A stretch of 64,000 bases of DNA from Anthoceros angustus (lineage: Eukaryota; Plantae; Anthocerotophyta). The stretch covers positions 124,001 through 188,000 of the forward strand of contig MU008183.1 of assembly GCA_010909165.1 (NCBI GenBank). Direction: 5' to 3'. How positions within the stretch are numbered: position 1 is the first letter of the stretch; the number at the start of each line of letters is the position of its first letter. The notes beneath the pieces are model-generated. The model was given only the letters and a program-made list of their open reading frames with translations. It made no database searches and was not told the origin of the DNA. The position numbers were made by a program, and so were the translations under genes. Shown piece by piece: positions 39,990 through 52,275 of this stretch.

Positions 39990-40968
39990 TCAATGGAAGC
40001 TCCTTTGTGGCTCCGGTGTGCTGTGCTCACATCTGGAGCTTCCGCAGGCCTTCAGAGGGCATCCAAAAGTAATATTGTCACCCACAATCAGACCCTCCTC
40101 CATTTTTCCATACAGAACAAGAGCCTCTTGGCCAAAGGCCATGATTGTATACCCAGCTATCAGAGCTGTCCATGTCTCCACATCCTTTGTCGCCAAGCTG
40201 TCAAAGACATTGAGCGCATCATCCAGTGCGCCACATTTTGCATACATGTCCACCAGGCAGTTGCCAATAGAAAAGTTAGGAGGAAGGCCAGTGTGAGCTA
40301 CATCATAGTGCACTACTCTGCCAGATCCCAAGTCCGCAGCAAATGCACAAGCTTGAAGGGCTGCAACATACACATGAGCATCCGCCTTGACACCTGAGCT
40401 ACGCATCTCATGGTACAACTAAATGGCATCGTTAGCTCTCCCACGGTTAGCATGTGTGGAAATGATGGGCAACCACATGAATGCATCCGGTTTTCCCACC
40501 CTGGTCAACACATCCATGGCCTCGGGTAGCCTACCTCCTAGCCAGGTCGACCTGGAAAGCGAGGCACCATGACCCATCTGCATGTCTAACGAAACGAGCT
40601 GCTCATCCTCCCTAGCTGGCTTGAACATGCTGTTTAACCAGAGGACCTCGCCGGATCCCTTACGCCAGAATTCAGGGGAATGGGAGGTCTCCTTAACCCG
40701 CCTGTTATCACAACCCGTGGCATCCAGAAAAATTTGTCGCCACAAGAGCTCCTGCTCCTGGCGACCACTATCGCCGGAAAATCCTTCCCCAGGTATCCAT
40801 TTGCTCGGAAGTGCTGGGTTCCTCGTAACACTACTGCACTTGGAGGCCTGGTTGTTTGCCAGTTGTTGGGTCCTTACGGCGAGGTGGGCGGGAGCTCTTC
40901 GTTGAATCCGTGTTCACCCACCAATTTCTCTGAGTCCACGGTGAATCTGGTTGCCATACTTTGGCCAT
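39990..40968 (-). pseudogene. truncated 5' duplicate of the neighbouring PDF-PPR gene
   Basis: MAKVWQPD start and upstream flank shared with the 39686 copy. The PDF motif is degenerate, there is an internal deletion and a frameshift, and it ends after about 5 PPR motifs without E/DYW. Confidence 0.85.
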
Positions 40969-41204
40969 CTTATACGACCCACTCTCGGACGAAGAGATGC
41001 ACAACGGACGATGCAGACAAGGCGAGATACTGTGCTTCACCACTTCACTCTTAGTAAGCACATTTTCAGACAGAAAAAAATGAAACAGCCGTGGACGTAG
41101 CGGAAGAGCAAGATAATAACAGGTGGAGAAGCTCTGGGTCCAACGCATCTGTTGCAGGTGCACGATATGAATGCTGCAACAAAGAATCTACGCAGTGATT
41201 ATCA

Positions 41205-41300
41205 CAGTGCCAAGGGTTGAAAGAGAGAGATTGGTGTACAGAATGGGTGTGATAGTGCGTCCGTTTGTAGCTGGTTATTACAGTGGTAAGGTCCATCTGA
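41205..41300 (+). pseudogene. decayed DYW C-terminal remnant
   Basis: CAAGGGTTGAAAGAGAGAGATTG...TTTGTAGCTGGTT resembles 50010-50100 and the DYW tails of the long genes. Confidence 0.55.
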
Positions 41301-41485
41301 GTAGCCAGTGCTCAGCAGGTCAATCCTGAATCAATACTTAGCCAGTGCTCAGCAGGAAGAATCAATACTTAGTCAATGCTCAGCAGGGAGAATCAACTCT
41401 TAGCCTGTGCTCAGCAGAGAGAATATATAATTAGCTAGCGCTCAGGAGGGAGAATCAATACTTAGCCAGTGTTCAGCAGGTGAAA
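41300..41485 (+). repeat. ~31-bp tandem repeat (about 6 copies) derived from the sequence just after the DYW stop codon
   Basis: GAATCAATACTTAGCCAGTGCTCAGCAGG units; single related copies follow the stop at 50101 and, on the minus strand, at 35272. Confidence 0.8.
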
Positions 41486-42228
41486 CATTGCCTCTGGGTT
41501 CAATAAGAGATGGGTGAACGGAGAACTACCATGATATGAGCTTGTCCACGTACTTGAGACTATGTTCCTTTGCAATGTTCATGATGGGTTGTCTTGTATG
41601 GATATTCATCTTGAAACCATGTCTATACTAAAAAGAAGTTGTGCCTGTGAGTAACTAACAGATGGTTTGAGAGACATAACAAAACACATCCATTAGTTGC
41701 AACCAAGGAATTCTCAACCGCAAACCAAAGTGTCTGACCGAAAGCTTCAGAGGCCTCTGAAATGGCAAAACAGATTTAAAAAAACAAGTAGATATTAGAT
41801 TATGAGTACAACAGGTCGTGCCGAGCAAGACAGATTACCGCTGCCTTCTCCTTCCCAGTACTGCACATTTCACCTGAGGAGGCACTCTTACTCTCTCTCC
41901 ACCCACAGAGAGGTTCAATTCAAGAGCTGCGTTCACAGCAAGGATAAGCTCGTTCATCATATCACATAGATGACTCTCGCTTGTCAGGCTGGACGGGATG
42001 TGTCAGACCAGATGCCAACACTCCAGGACATATCACTTTGCCCTGCGCCTGGTTCATTTCTCACAATAAAAGGCCACGGGACTGAAGCTTGTCGTCGTCT
42101 AATTGTGCTCCCACAATTACTCCCAGTAAAGAGTAAACCCAGGACTATCCACCAGCGAGTCTTGCTTGACGACAGTTCCAGCATATAATACAACGGGCTC
42201 TTGTGGTCCCTCACTTGACACTGACAAG

Positions 42229-44638
42229 TCATCTCAAGCTGCCATTTCTGTGTGAGTGATGAGCTTTCTGCAATAGTAGCTTGCACAGGGCAGCACTCAT
42301 CTCCCCGAGAGAGATGGGTTTCAAAACTACTCCATCCATACCTATCTCCAAGCACCGTTTCTGTGTGCCCTTGTCAGTGTTTGCAGTCAATGCTATCACC
42401 AGTGGGCGCTCTTCTGGCCTGAATCTCTGATGAATCTGCATTGCTACTTCATACCCATCCATCTCTGGCATGCAAAGGTCAAGTAAGAGCACTTCAAAAG
42501 TCCTACCAGGTTGAGCTAAAGTGGCTAGACACTGGTGCCCAGATTCTACAACCGTTGTGTTACAGCCTAATCGGTCCAGCAGTCTGCGGGTGACAATCCT
42601 GTTTACACTGTTGTCATCGGTGACCAAAACTTTCAGACCTTTCAGGTCTGCTTTGTTAAGAGCCTCGTCCCGGATTTTCCGCTCTTTTTCAATAGAGGAG
42701 TTCTGGAGCTGAAGCCTAACAATGAATGTGACTGTGGACCCTTTACCCAAGCCCTCACTTTCAATCCAGATGTGCCCATGCATGAGCTGCACCAGGAAAC
42801 ACAGGAAAAAGTTGGTAGCCGTTCAAGAACAGACAACATCCGCAACCACATTACTAACCAACCAAACCATTTTCAACACCAACAGCAGTAAAAAACGTTA
42901 CCTGAACGAATTTCTTACAAATCGCTAGACCTAGTCCTGTCCCCCCATAGTCCCTAGTCGTTGTACTATCAGCCTGCACAAATTTCTGGAACAGCCTTGG
43001 AATATCACTGTCTTTCACCCCCAGACCAGTGTCCCTCACTTCAATTCGGATGTAGACAAACCCCTCACAAGGAGAAGGTCTCCAAGCTGGATTGGCAGGG
43101 TCTCGCTTGTTTTCCAGCCGTTCAACTGTCACATGCACATGCACACGGCCATGCTTCGTAAATTTCACAGCATTCCCAATCACGTTCAGTGAGGTCTGCA
43201 GAAGCCTCTTGTCATCGCCAATAACATAGGTGGGGACATCATCCGCAACTTCAAATACAAAATCTAGACCTTTCCCTTTAGCCATTGGCTTAGCCAGATT
43301 TCCTGCCTCACGCAAGACCATAGGTAACTCAAAGGGGCCAAGCTCAAGGGTAAGGCTCCCATCCTCCAAGCGGGAGAAATCCAGCACATCATTGATCAGG
43401 GTAGAAAGAAGGCTACTACTTTTGACAACTGTCTCAACCATGGACTTCTGTTCAGGATTCAAGGTAGACTCTTGAAGGAGTGAGGAGAGAGCAATGATCG
43501 CATGCATGGGAGTCCGCATCTCATGATTCATGACGGCAAGGAAATCATTTCGGGCCCTGATTGCAGTGTCAGCGTCCTGCCTTGCCTGCTGAAGTGCCTT
43601 GTTCTGCTCAATCAGTTGGTCCCTGGTTCTCTGGGACTCTTCGAGAACGGCAGCATGAGAGAGGGCAACTGCTACCTGATCCGCCACTCCTTCAGCCATC
43701 TCCAGTTCATGATACCTCCAATTCCGACCACTCTCACCAGGCAGCACCAACACCATAACAGCATACGAGGCGTCCACCATTGACATATGCAGCAAAGGGA
43801 GTCTGACTGCCGCTGTTGCACCTACAAACTGCCTGTGGTTACTTTCTCTACCTAAAGGACAGGTTGGAGGAATAACAAGTGCCCCGTAAGAGGAGATCAC
43901 ATCCAAAACAAAGGGATCATCCGCTGGCACAGTCACTGGCACTTGCAACAACCGCCGCTCCAGCTCGTGGGTGAGCTCCAACACATTCAGGTTGGGATTG
44001 GGCATCCAAATGGTGCAATTCTCCAGACACAACGTCTTGGCTAGCTCTACAAGTGTCGTGTTAAGGATGGTGTGGCGATCCAAGGAACTGCGGATCTCAT
44101 GAGTCAGCATTCTCACATGTCGACCTGCCTCCTCCTGAGCTTTGATCATATCCATCTCCCTATCTAACTCTGCAGCCTTATGCTTCAAAAAGTGCTCCCT
44201 CACTTTCACCTGCAATAACTCTGGAATAATGTGAATGAGAGTGATTGCAGTAGCACAGGAAACGAGAGCCGTCAGCACCTTCAGTATTGTCTGCAGAAGC
44301 ATGATGAAGAAGGAATGGGGACCATACGTCCAGATGGATATAAAGTGGGTCAATCCGCAGAGCACGATAAAAGCTCCAAACTGGATCAGGATCCATCTGA
44401 ACGGGAACACCTTGGAGCAGCTCACGAAGTAGAGCAGCTCCAGGGGTATGGAGAAGTAGGCAAGTGCAATCAAAAAATCACTTCCCAACTGGAGGCGAGC
44501 GAGCGTCTCCAAGCCCCACAGATCATCCTCACATGAGCATCTGGACAGACCTGCGCCGGAAGTGTCCTGGGCACTACCTGCCACCACCACTGCCAAAATC
44601 CCAACAAGCGCCATGGACGCCTCCCAGAACAGCCCCAT
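42229..44638 (-). CDS. ethylene receptor (ETR-type hybrid histidine kinase); exons 44638-42902 and 42786-42229
   Basis: SDFLIALAYFSIPLEL and [12 protein letters not shown] (Cu-site Cys/His), GAF domain, NHEMRTP, GNAVKFT, DTGLG, GGTGLGLAICK, receiver LLDLCMP. Confidence 0.95.
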
Positions 44639-46452
44639 GGTACACACTTGCACAGCAGGAACAGGCGCTTCCTCAGCCAAGCGCAACTGGGGAACTGCCA
44701 CAAAGCACCAAATGTCACAAAATGTCAGCACCCACCAAATCTTCCAGAAAGCCTCAACTCCACCACGTCACACGACCACAAACCAGTCAAACCTCTTCAA
44801 CACCCCCCCACGACCTGCCGTCGTCTCCGCATCCCCGATCAACCAAGCAACGCCTTTCAACCACACCATCCCATTCCCACATCCGACAGACGAAAGCCTC
44901 CTCACCTGAATCTAGATCGTCAACTAGAGGATCACGGCGAAACCTTGGGTCCGCAAAAGCCATACCCTCAACCACGCAATATACACCCAAAAACCAGCTC
45001 AGAATCAAATCCCAACCTCCTAAAATTCCAGTCGTCCTGCAGCTGACATCCGGCCCGACAGCGGCATCACCACTCCAAGCTCACGATCTCTCTCTCACCA
45101 GCCGGCTGCTGCAGCAAACTGGATGCAAAAACTAGTCTTGGGCACGGCATGACCTTTGCTTTCTCAGATCAAAACTCCCTCCTTGTCCCCAAATCCTGCA
45201 ACCCATAAACCCTAGGCTGAGCAAGCAATCCGCCCACCACCTCCACAATCCTGCTCCGGCCCCCTCCCAGTCATACAGCCCCTCCCGCCGCCTCCTCACC
45301 CAATTCCGCCCCCACCACTTCCACGCAGAGCTGGGAAAGCGCCGGCAGGCCTCGGCCGTGTCCGTGCGCGGGGGGCGGGTCTAGGATTCCGCCTCCCGCA
45401 CGGACATGTTGGGCTCCTGCGTTGCTCAGCCGGGAAACCGCCCACCAGGTGGAAAGAGGAGGAAGATGGAGCACTCACGCTCACATCCAGCAAACAGGAG
45501 CCAATCGCCCACCACAGTGACCAGCCAGGACTCACACCCGGACCCAGTCATCAGAGGCCCGCGAACATTGCCGGCCTCGGCTTGCGACTCGCAGCCCAAA
45601 ACGACCCGCCTGCTACATTATTGAAAGCATTAAACCCAGAAGTCCAGGCAGCCACGTGACATCCGGAGCCGCTGCTGTGGACCCATCCGTCTCGGCCATG
45701 TGGCTACCTGGTGTATTCCGGGAATGTTTTCTTCTCTGGCACCGCCGGTATCTAAGGCCCCGGAGCCGAGAGGTGGAAACGCGGCGGCTCTTGATTGCAG
45801 CAGCAGTTCGCGTTTTCTTCACCCTTCCCCCTCCCCCGCCTGCTACGAACCCGGCGGGAACCTCAGGGTAGGCTTCAAAGAGGATGAAAGGGCGTTGGTT
45901 GGCTCAGCTCATCCAACACAGGCCGGCAAGTGACACGGCGGTGGATCTCCGGGAGATCGCCTGCAGGCACGCTACTCCCTCGCAGCCCGCCGCGTGTCCC
46001 CACAAACCACCCACCTGTTGAGACAATACACGCCTGGGTCTCCAGTGCGTTCAACCAACTAGGAGAATGTCTATCCTGAGCTGCAGCAGTTATTTCGTCG
46101 GGACGTACATCTGGGCCCGCTGCAGATCTTCCGAGATTGAGCTCCATGTGAGAGCCTGTTGCGTCCTGGAGTCCGGGACCCTGGATCAACAGCAACTGCC
46201 CCTTCAGCAATGACTTCATCAAGTAGACAGGCAATTCATCCAGTGATTCCACCACAGTGAGCGGACGGACTAGGTCTTCTAGGATCTGGATGCTCACAGT
46301 GATCAGAGTCCAGTCCGGTCTGGTGATGAGCTGATTCTCCCTAAGCTTACACTTCGTCTTCCTCTTCTGCTTCTTACATCTAAACGAATGACAAGAGTAA
46401 GCTGGAGCGAGGGATTATGTACACGAGAGTTGGATCAAGCTCCGGAATCAAG

Positions 46453-47866
46453 TCAAGGACCAGTTTCCTCAAGGATGGCACATCCCAGCACCTGGCCCCT
46501 CGAGAGTCCCATGCACGCCACAGTCCTCCACACGGCGGCTCCATCTCCGACACCTGGCTTGCATGCCAGCACCGAGTTCAGCCTGACCACGTCGAACTTT
46601 TTCCAGTGCTCGGGAGAGGGTTTCCACGTGAGAAGCTTGCCACCCAGCACGTACAGCTCATCCTTGAGGCCGATGAGGCCGAAGTTGAAGCCCTTGGGGC
46701 GACGGCCTTCTGCTGTGTCCACGGCGGGGACGGCGGAAACGCTCACCCACATCTTGGTCTCCGGCTCATAGGCCTTGATGGTGTTGCCGTCCCAGTCATC
46801 CAGAGCATACATGCGGCCGTTCATGGCCGTGACGGGACAAGGCATCTGCCGGGAAAACAGCCAAACGTCTTGAAGCGAGTACCATGCAGCCTGGGCAGGG
46901 TCGTAGATGTCCACCGTCCTCTGGTCATGGTGGTTCTCCACCAGACCGGCTATCACGTAGAACAAGCCGTTGAGGGAAACCCCGACACAGTCTTCTCTGC
47001 CGGAGGGTAGAGGGGGAATATCCTCCCACCTGTAAACGACGGCAAGGGAGATGAGAACCTCCTGTTACCCAACGAAATTAGTTACTAAACAGGCGTCCAC
47101 TGACTGGCAGCAACTGCTGGAAACCGAATTGCAGATAAGATCACCCCGTCCGACTCTTACCTATCCGCCACGGGATCATACACCTCTGCCTCAGCAAGGG
47201 GCTCCTTCTTGTGAGACGTGCAGCCACCCGCAACGTAAACCTTACCACCGATAGCTGCACATGCGAAATTGCATCGTGGAACCCTCATCGATGCTGCCTT
47301 GCTCCATTGCCGTGAGAATGGATCAAAAGCAAGCATTTCGTTAGTGGCAAAGAATTTGATGGGCTGCATCGGAGGTTCGCAAGCAGCATAGTGCCCACCG
47401 AGCACCAACAATTTCTTCATAACGCCCACAGAAACAAAGCCATAGTGACGCCGCTGTGCACTCACACCTGCACCACCATGCATCCGCCATAGAACCAGGT
47501 CAGATCAGAAAACCACAATCTACACGTCCAAAAACGCCACTGACACAAACGCACAAATCTATCATCACACGCCTTTGTTCTTGTACCTGGCATCGATGGC
47601 AATGGATGCCACTTCCCAGCAGCTGGATCGAACGCAGTCCATCTGCCATCCCTAGGCTCCTCCGTCAGCACAAACAGCCAGTCCCCGCATCTGCCTTCTC
47701 TCAGCTGGCAATTGGCGTACTCAGGGCTCCCAAGCACACGTTGCCATGGCTTGCACACTGCTCGTAGAAGTCCATGAAATCCGTGAGGAATCTTTGCCAA
47801 GCACAGCAAAGCTAGGTCATTCGGTAGGCCAGGAATCAGCAGCTCCTCTTCGCCATCCCTCATCAT
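46453..47866 (-). CDS. F-box/kelch-repeat protein (probably 3 coding exons)
   Basis: LIPGLPNDLALLCLAKIP F-box; kelch repeats LLVLGG, RCNFACAAIGGKVYVAGG, FYVIAG, LYVLGG. Confidence 0.9.
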
Positions 47867-48301
47867 GCTCCTGTCACCGTAATATCACAGATCCCTAAGA
47901 CAATGCAGCAAAACGAACACGCTTGTTCTAGCTGATCACGAGGGGAGGGGGGGAGGAGGGGGCGCGTAGGTCACCTGGATTCAGAAGACAACACCGGCTT
48001 TCCAGATTCACTGCCGCTGCATTTTGCACGATCTGACCTATTTCCCCGCGATCCAGCACCGATGGGAACCCGGGTGCCAGTCATCGGGCATTCAATCTCG
48101 CTGCCATCGCCCGAGGCCGAGGCGATGCATCTACAATGCGCCCTTTCGAGCCAGTAAGAAACTCGATCCGGTTCACCTAACCCGGCCTCGGGTTAGTTGA
48201 GCTGCGTTACCACTTCGCTTGTACATTCTGTGGACATCTCACCGTTGGGATAGAGGAGCGGAGCGACCCGCCGAGCGTCGAAGGCAGCCGGCGGAGGAAG
48301 G

Positions 48302-49290
48302 ATGTACTACGGGTGGGATTGCAGACGCTGCGGGGCTCGGGGACCAACGGATATATCCAGACCAACAAGTTCTTCGAGCGGGTGCGGCCGCTCAGCTCGG
48401 AGCCTCAGGAGTTTCAAAATGGGCAAGGCACCGGAGGGGTTTCACGCAAAGCGAATGTGGAGATTCTGGAGCACGACAGGAAGGGGCAGATCGAGCTGAA
48501 GCTCACGGTGCTGGAGGACACGCTTCTGGAGCAAGGATACTCTGAGGCGGTGATCTTGGAGAGGGTGGAGGCTGCCCGCAAGGCTTTGGAGGCTGCAGCA
48601 ACAGCTTCAAATGGCGCCGATGAGCCCATCAGGTTCGTCTGCGTTCTTCGTGCATCTTGTCTGTTAGGTTATGGTTTGGTGAGGTGACTTTCAAGTGTCT
48701 CAAGGTGTGCTGGTCCTGTACGTGGCTGTGGTGGGATGGAGTCCAGTCAATGAACAACCTTGGTCCTCTGTCTAAACTTGGTTTGTTGGAGGCAGTGCTC
48801 GCTCCGAGCGGGACGGCCTCTTTCCGTCCGGAACTCTCAGCCTGTGTACACACAGTGTATGCAAGTCATTATTGTAGTATGTGGACGAATTATCTACGTG
48901 CCACTGTTTACTGAACGATTGCTGATAGTGCAGTGAAATTTGCACTTTCTATGGTGAGACACAGCAAACAGCAAGTCCAATTTATCGTAGACACAGTTCA
49001 GTCAGTGGTCAAGGTCATAGTCCTCCCGTAGACTGATGGTTGCAATGTGTGGTTTAAGGATGAGCGTTTTTCTGATGCAGTGCTCTCTTTTAGCTTGACG
49101 GCATCATTCTGGCTGGAACTTTCAGGCTGCTTACTTCTAGTATTTTCTTATTAGCTTTTTGTTCTCCGGTACTTACAGGGCTTCAGAGACAAGAACTCAT
49201 CAAATTGCTGGTGAGAAGGAGCGTCAACTGCAAACCATGAAGTCAGCTCTAGGTATGGATGATGTGAAAGAGGGCAATCCCGTCGACTGC
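48302..49290 (+). pseudogene. CWC21: CWC21-domain splicing factor (cwf21/SRRM2 N-terminus), frameshifted near the start and apparently truncated
   Basis: MYYG, frameshift, then GLQTLRGSGTNGYIQTNKF and EILEHDRKGQIELKL. Second exon ASETRTHQIAGEKERQLQTMKSALG. Could be an intact gene carrying a consensus error. Confidence 0.7.
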
Positions 49291-49728
49291 CACAAATTGC
49301 TGAAATACAATGTTAAAGAGGCGCGTCGCTGTGAGAGCTGCAGTATTTCATCACCACCTGTCTGTTTGCGGGGGAACGGATGGAGGAAGACGCGGACACC
49401 ATTGGTGTGACATACTAGGTTTTGGAAAGTAGAAATGTCTCACAGTAGAGTGGAATAAGGTGGAAAGCAGGAGGGAGGCTCCAACTCCTACCCTCTTCCT
49501 ACGTCATCGACTCTTAGAAGACATCTGCGCGGCGCCGTGCCTCGTGTCGTCGTTGTCGCGGCGCTGTGCAGGAGCTGCAGGCATGTAGAACTTGGAAGTG
49601 GAAACAATGAAGGATGATGTCGCCCACTATGCGAGGATGATGGTTTTGATGTACGTGTGGGATCTTTGAATCTTATGTTTTTCTTGTCCAAAGGCTGATC
49701 CAGGCTCCAGGAAGCAGTTTGCACGGCC

Positions 49729-49800
49729 TGCCACTTCGTGTGTGTCTGAATGATAACTTTCTCAGCAAAGTTATCATTCAGACTCACACGACGAGTGGCA
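49729..49800. repeat. near-perfect inverted repeat (hairpin)
   Basis: CGTGTGTGTCTGAATGATAACTTT-ctcagc-AAAGTTATCATTCAGACTCACACG (24-bp stem, 1 mismatch), extended by TGCCACT/AGTGGCA. Confidence 0.9.
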
Positions 49801-49969
49801 AGTGCCTTCTACGGATACGGTTTGTCATAGCTGATCAGCACAATCGAAGAGTCCTGATATTTGATGGGTTCGGCATATTGGGCTTGGAGTCTAACAGCTT
49901 ATGCTATATATCGGAAAAGGAGAAAAAAAGTTTCATTGCAGTCTCATGTTGTTTTTGTGTGTACAAATC

Positions 49970-50101
49970 ACTTTGTGCAGTGATTGCCACAGTTCCACGG
50001 AGGTCATGTCAAGGGTTGAAAGGAGAGAGATTGTTGTAAGGGATGGGTGTCATGTGCATCGATTTGCAGCTGGTTGTTGCAGTTGTAAGGGTCGATCCTG
50101 A
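49970..50101 (+). pseudogene. orphan DYW:KP C-terminal fragment
   Basis: [42 protein letters not shown], with no upstream HAE motif or PPR array. Confidence 0.85.
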
Positions 50102-51091
50102 GAATCAACACTTAGCCAGTGCTCAGCAGGTGAAACGTTGTATCTGAGAGTCCGGGAAGTATCTGCAGTTGCTAATTCATGATAGGCTTATTGTATGGGT
50201 ATTGCTTGGGCTGGACAACATTGGGTCTGTTTGAAGATGGTTTAGCAAGACGATAGGAAGATGGCAGGTAATGGACATGGTTGGTGTTCAGTGGTCAGGA
50301 ACCTCGATGATTGGAGGTTGGAGGGAGGACAATTCATGCTATCAGGGCATCGATGGGCTGCAGGTGCAGAGGGGGTCTGGGTGATATGAGGTTTGGAGGG
50401 AGCACATTTCAGGCTACCAGGACATCAATAGGCTGCAGGTACAGGGGGACATCAAACAAAGTCAAGCAGTGCTCCGACAGCAAATGTATGTAGGTGAGTA
50501 GGTACTCTAACTCCAAGTCTATAGCTTCGAATTCTATCAACCTGGGTTCATTTTTTATGTCATTCCACCTATAGAGCCCCAGTAATTAACATCACAAGAC
50601 AAAATTTATCAACCTATTGCTCTGTGCTTATTCGCAACGTCGTTTTATTTACAAAGTACCAGTTATCAAGAATGCCAGGAAAGATTTCTATCAACCTGTG
50701 TGGAGAATCGGTGCCAAATGCTTGGCACCATGCGTACACCTTTAGTTCCTGTAAGCACTTGGTGTGGAAGAGTCTTAAGCAAGAGATGCTCACCGACTCT
50801 TGGCACAACGGGTTATCACCTTGAATTGTTCGTGTGTTATAGCACAGAAGGGTTGGATTATGCCTGCGGACAACTAACAGCAGGGTTTCAGAGAATAGTT
50901 GTAACGAAAGAGCACCGAACCGCAAACCAAAGGGTCTGACCGAGAGTTTCAAAAGCATCTGATAAAGCAACACAGATAAAAAGTAATAAGTTCCTGTTAA
51001 GTTATAAGGACAAAGGCTCAATGTGAAGGCCCAAGTTCAAAACAAGAATAAGTTCCTCCAGCTTGTCCTTTAGGTGGAGAAAGTGACCACG

Positions 51092-51986
51092 GGCAGTTTG
51101 TAGGTGCAACAGCAGCAGTCAGACTCCCTTTGCTGCATATGTCAATGGTGGACGCCTCGTATGCTGTTATGGTGTTGGTGCTGCCTGGTGAGAGTGGTCG
51201 GAATTGGAGGTATCATGAACTGGAGATGGCTGAAGGAGTGGCGGACCAGGTAGCAGTTGCCCTCTCTCATGCCGCCGTTCTCGAAGAGTCCCAGAGAACC
51301 AGGGACCAACTGATTGAGCAGAACAAGGCACTTCAGCAGGCAAGGCAGGACGCTGACACTGCAATCAGGGCTCGAAATGATTTCCTTGCCGTCATGAATC
51401 ATGAGATGCGGACTCCCATGCATGCGATCATTGCTCTCTCCTCACTCCTTCAAGAGTCTACCTGGAATCCTGAACAGAAGTCCATGGTGGAGACAGTTGT
51501 CAAAAGTAGTAGCCCTCTTTCTACCCTGATCAATGATGTGCTGGATTTCTCCCGCTTGGAGGATGGGAGCCTTACCCTTGAGCTTGGCCCCTTTGGCATC
51601 CAAATGGTGCAATTCTCCAGACACAACGTCTCGGCTAGCTCTACAAGTGTCGTGTTAAGGATGGAGTGGCGATCCAAGGAACTGCGGATCTCATAAGTCA
51701 GCATTCTCACATGTCGACCTGCCTCCTCCTGTGCTTTGATCATATCCATCTCCCTATGTAAGGATCAGGCGAAATGTGTGGGGGAGATGAACGGAGATGG
51801 ATCCTGATCCAGTTTGGAGCCTTCATTGTGCTCTGTGGATTGACCCACTTTATATCCATCTGGACGTCTGGTCCCCATTCGTTCTTCATCATGCTGCTGC
51901 AGACACTACTGAAGGTGCTGACGGCTCTCGTTTCCTGTGCTACTGCAATCACTCTCATCCACATTATTCCAGAGTTATTGCAGGTG
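51092..51986. pseudogene. scrambled fragments of the ethylene receptor gene in alternating orientation
   Basis: 51092-51593 is the reverse complement of ~43331-43832; 51594-51757 is a direct copy of ~44001-44163; 51796-51986 is the reverse complement of ~44206-44397. Confidence 0.92.
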
Positions 51987-52275
51987 ATACATTGCTGTCA
52001 ACGAGATAAGCAACTCGGTCAACATATCCAGAGGTGAGGAGCAAGCCTTTAGGTTCCGGAGTTCGTTCATTTGCTTGAGACACCATTCCTATGGGAGGAG
52101 ACATTCAATTCCGTTTTTCTGTCCCGAAAAAGGGTGAGGATCCGCTATCTGTCATAGCCACCCAGTTTGCTGTCTTAGTTTGAACAGGCATGGCCTTCAG
52201 CAAGGATAATCACCCCCTCATAAGAAGCAATATTCCGTGGTGCACACACGTGAGGTCTGGCAAGTTCTCCCCTTC

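Noticed and set aside
4181-44638. Immune or stress gene cluster (two RLCK-VII, WRKY III, ethylene receptor)
   Set aside because: These families are common and are interspersed with unrelated housekeeping genes; proximity alone is not evidence of a functional cluster.
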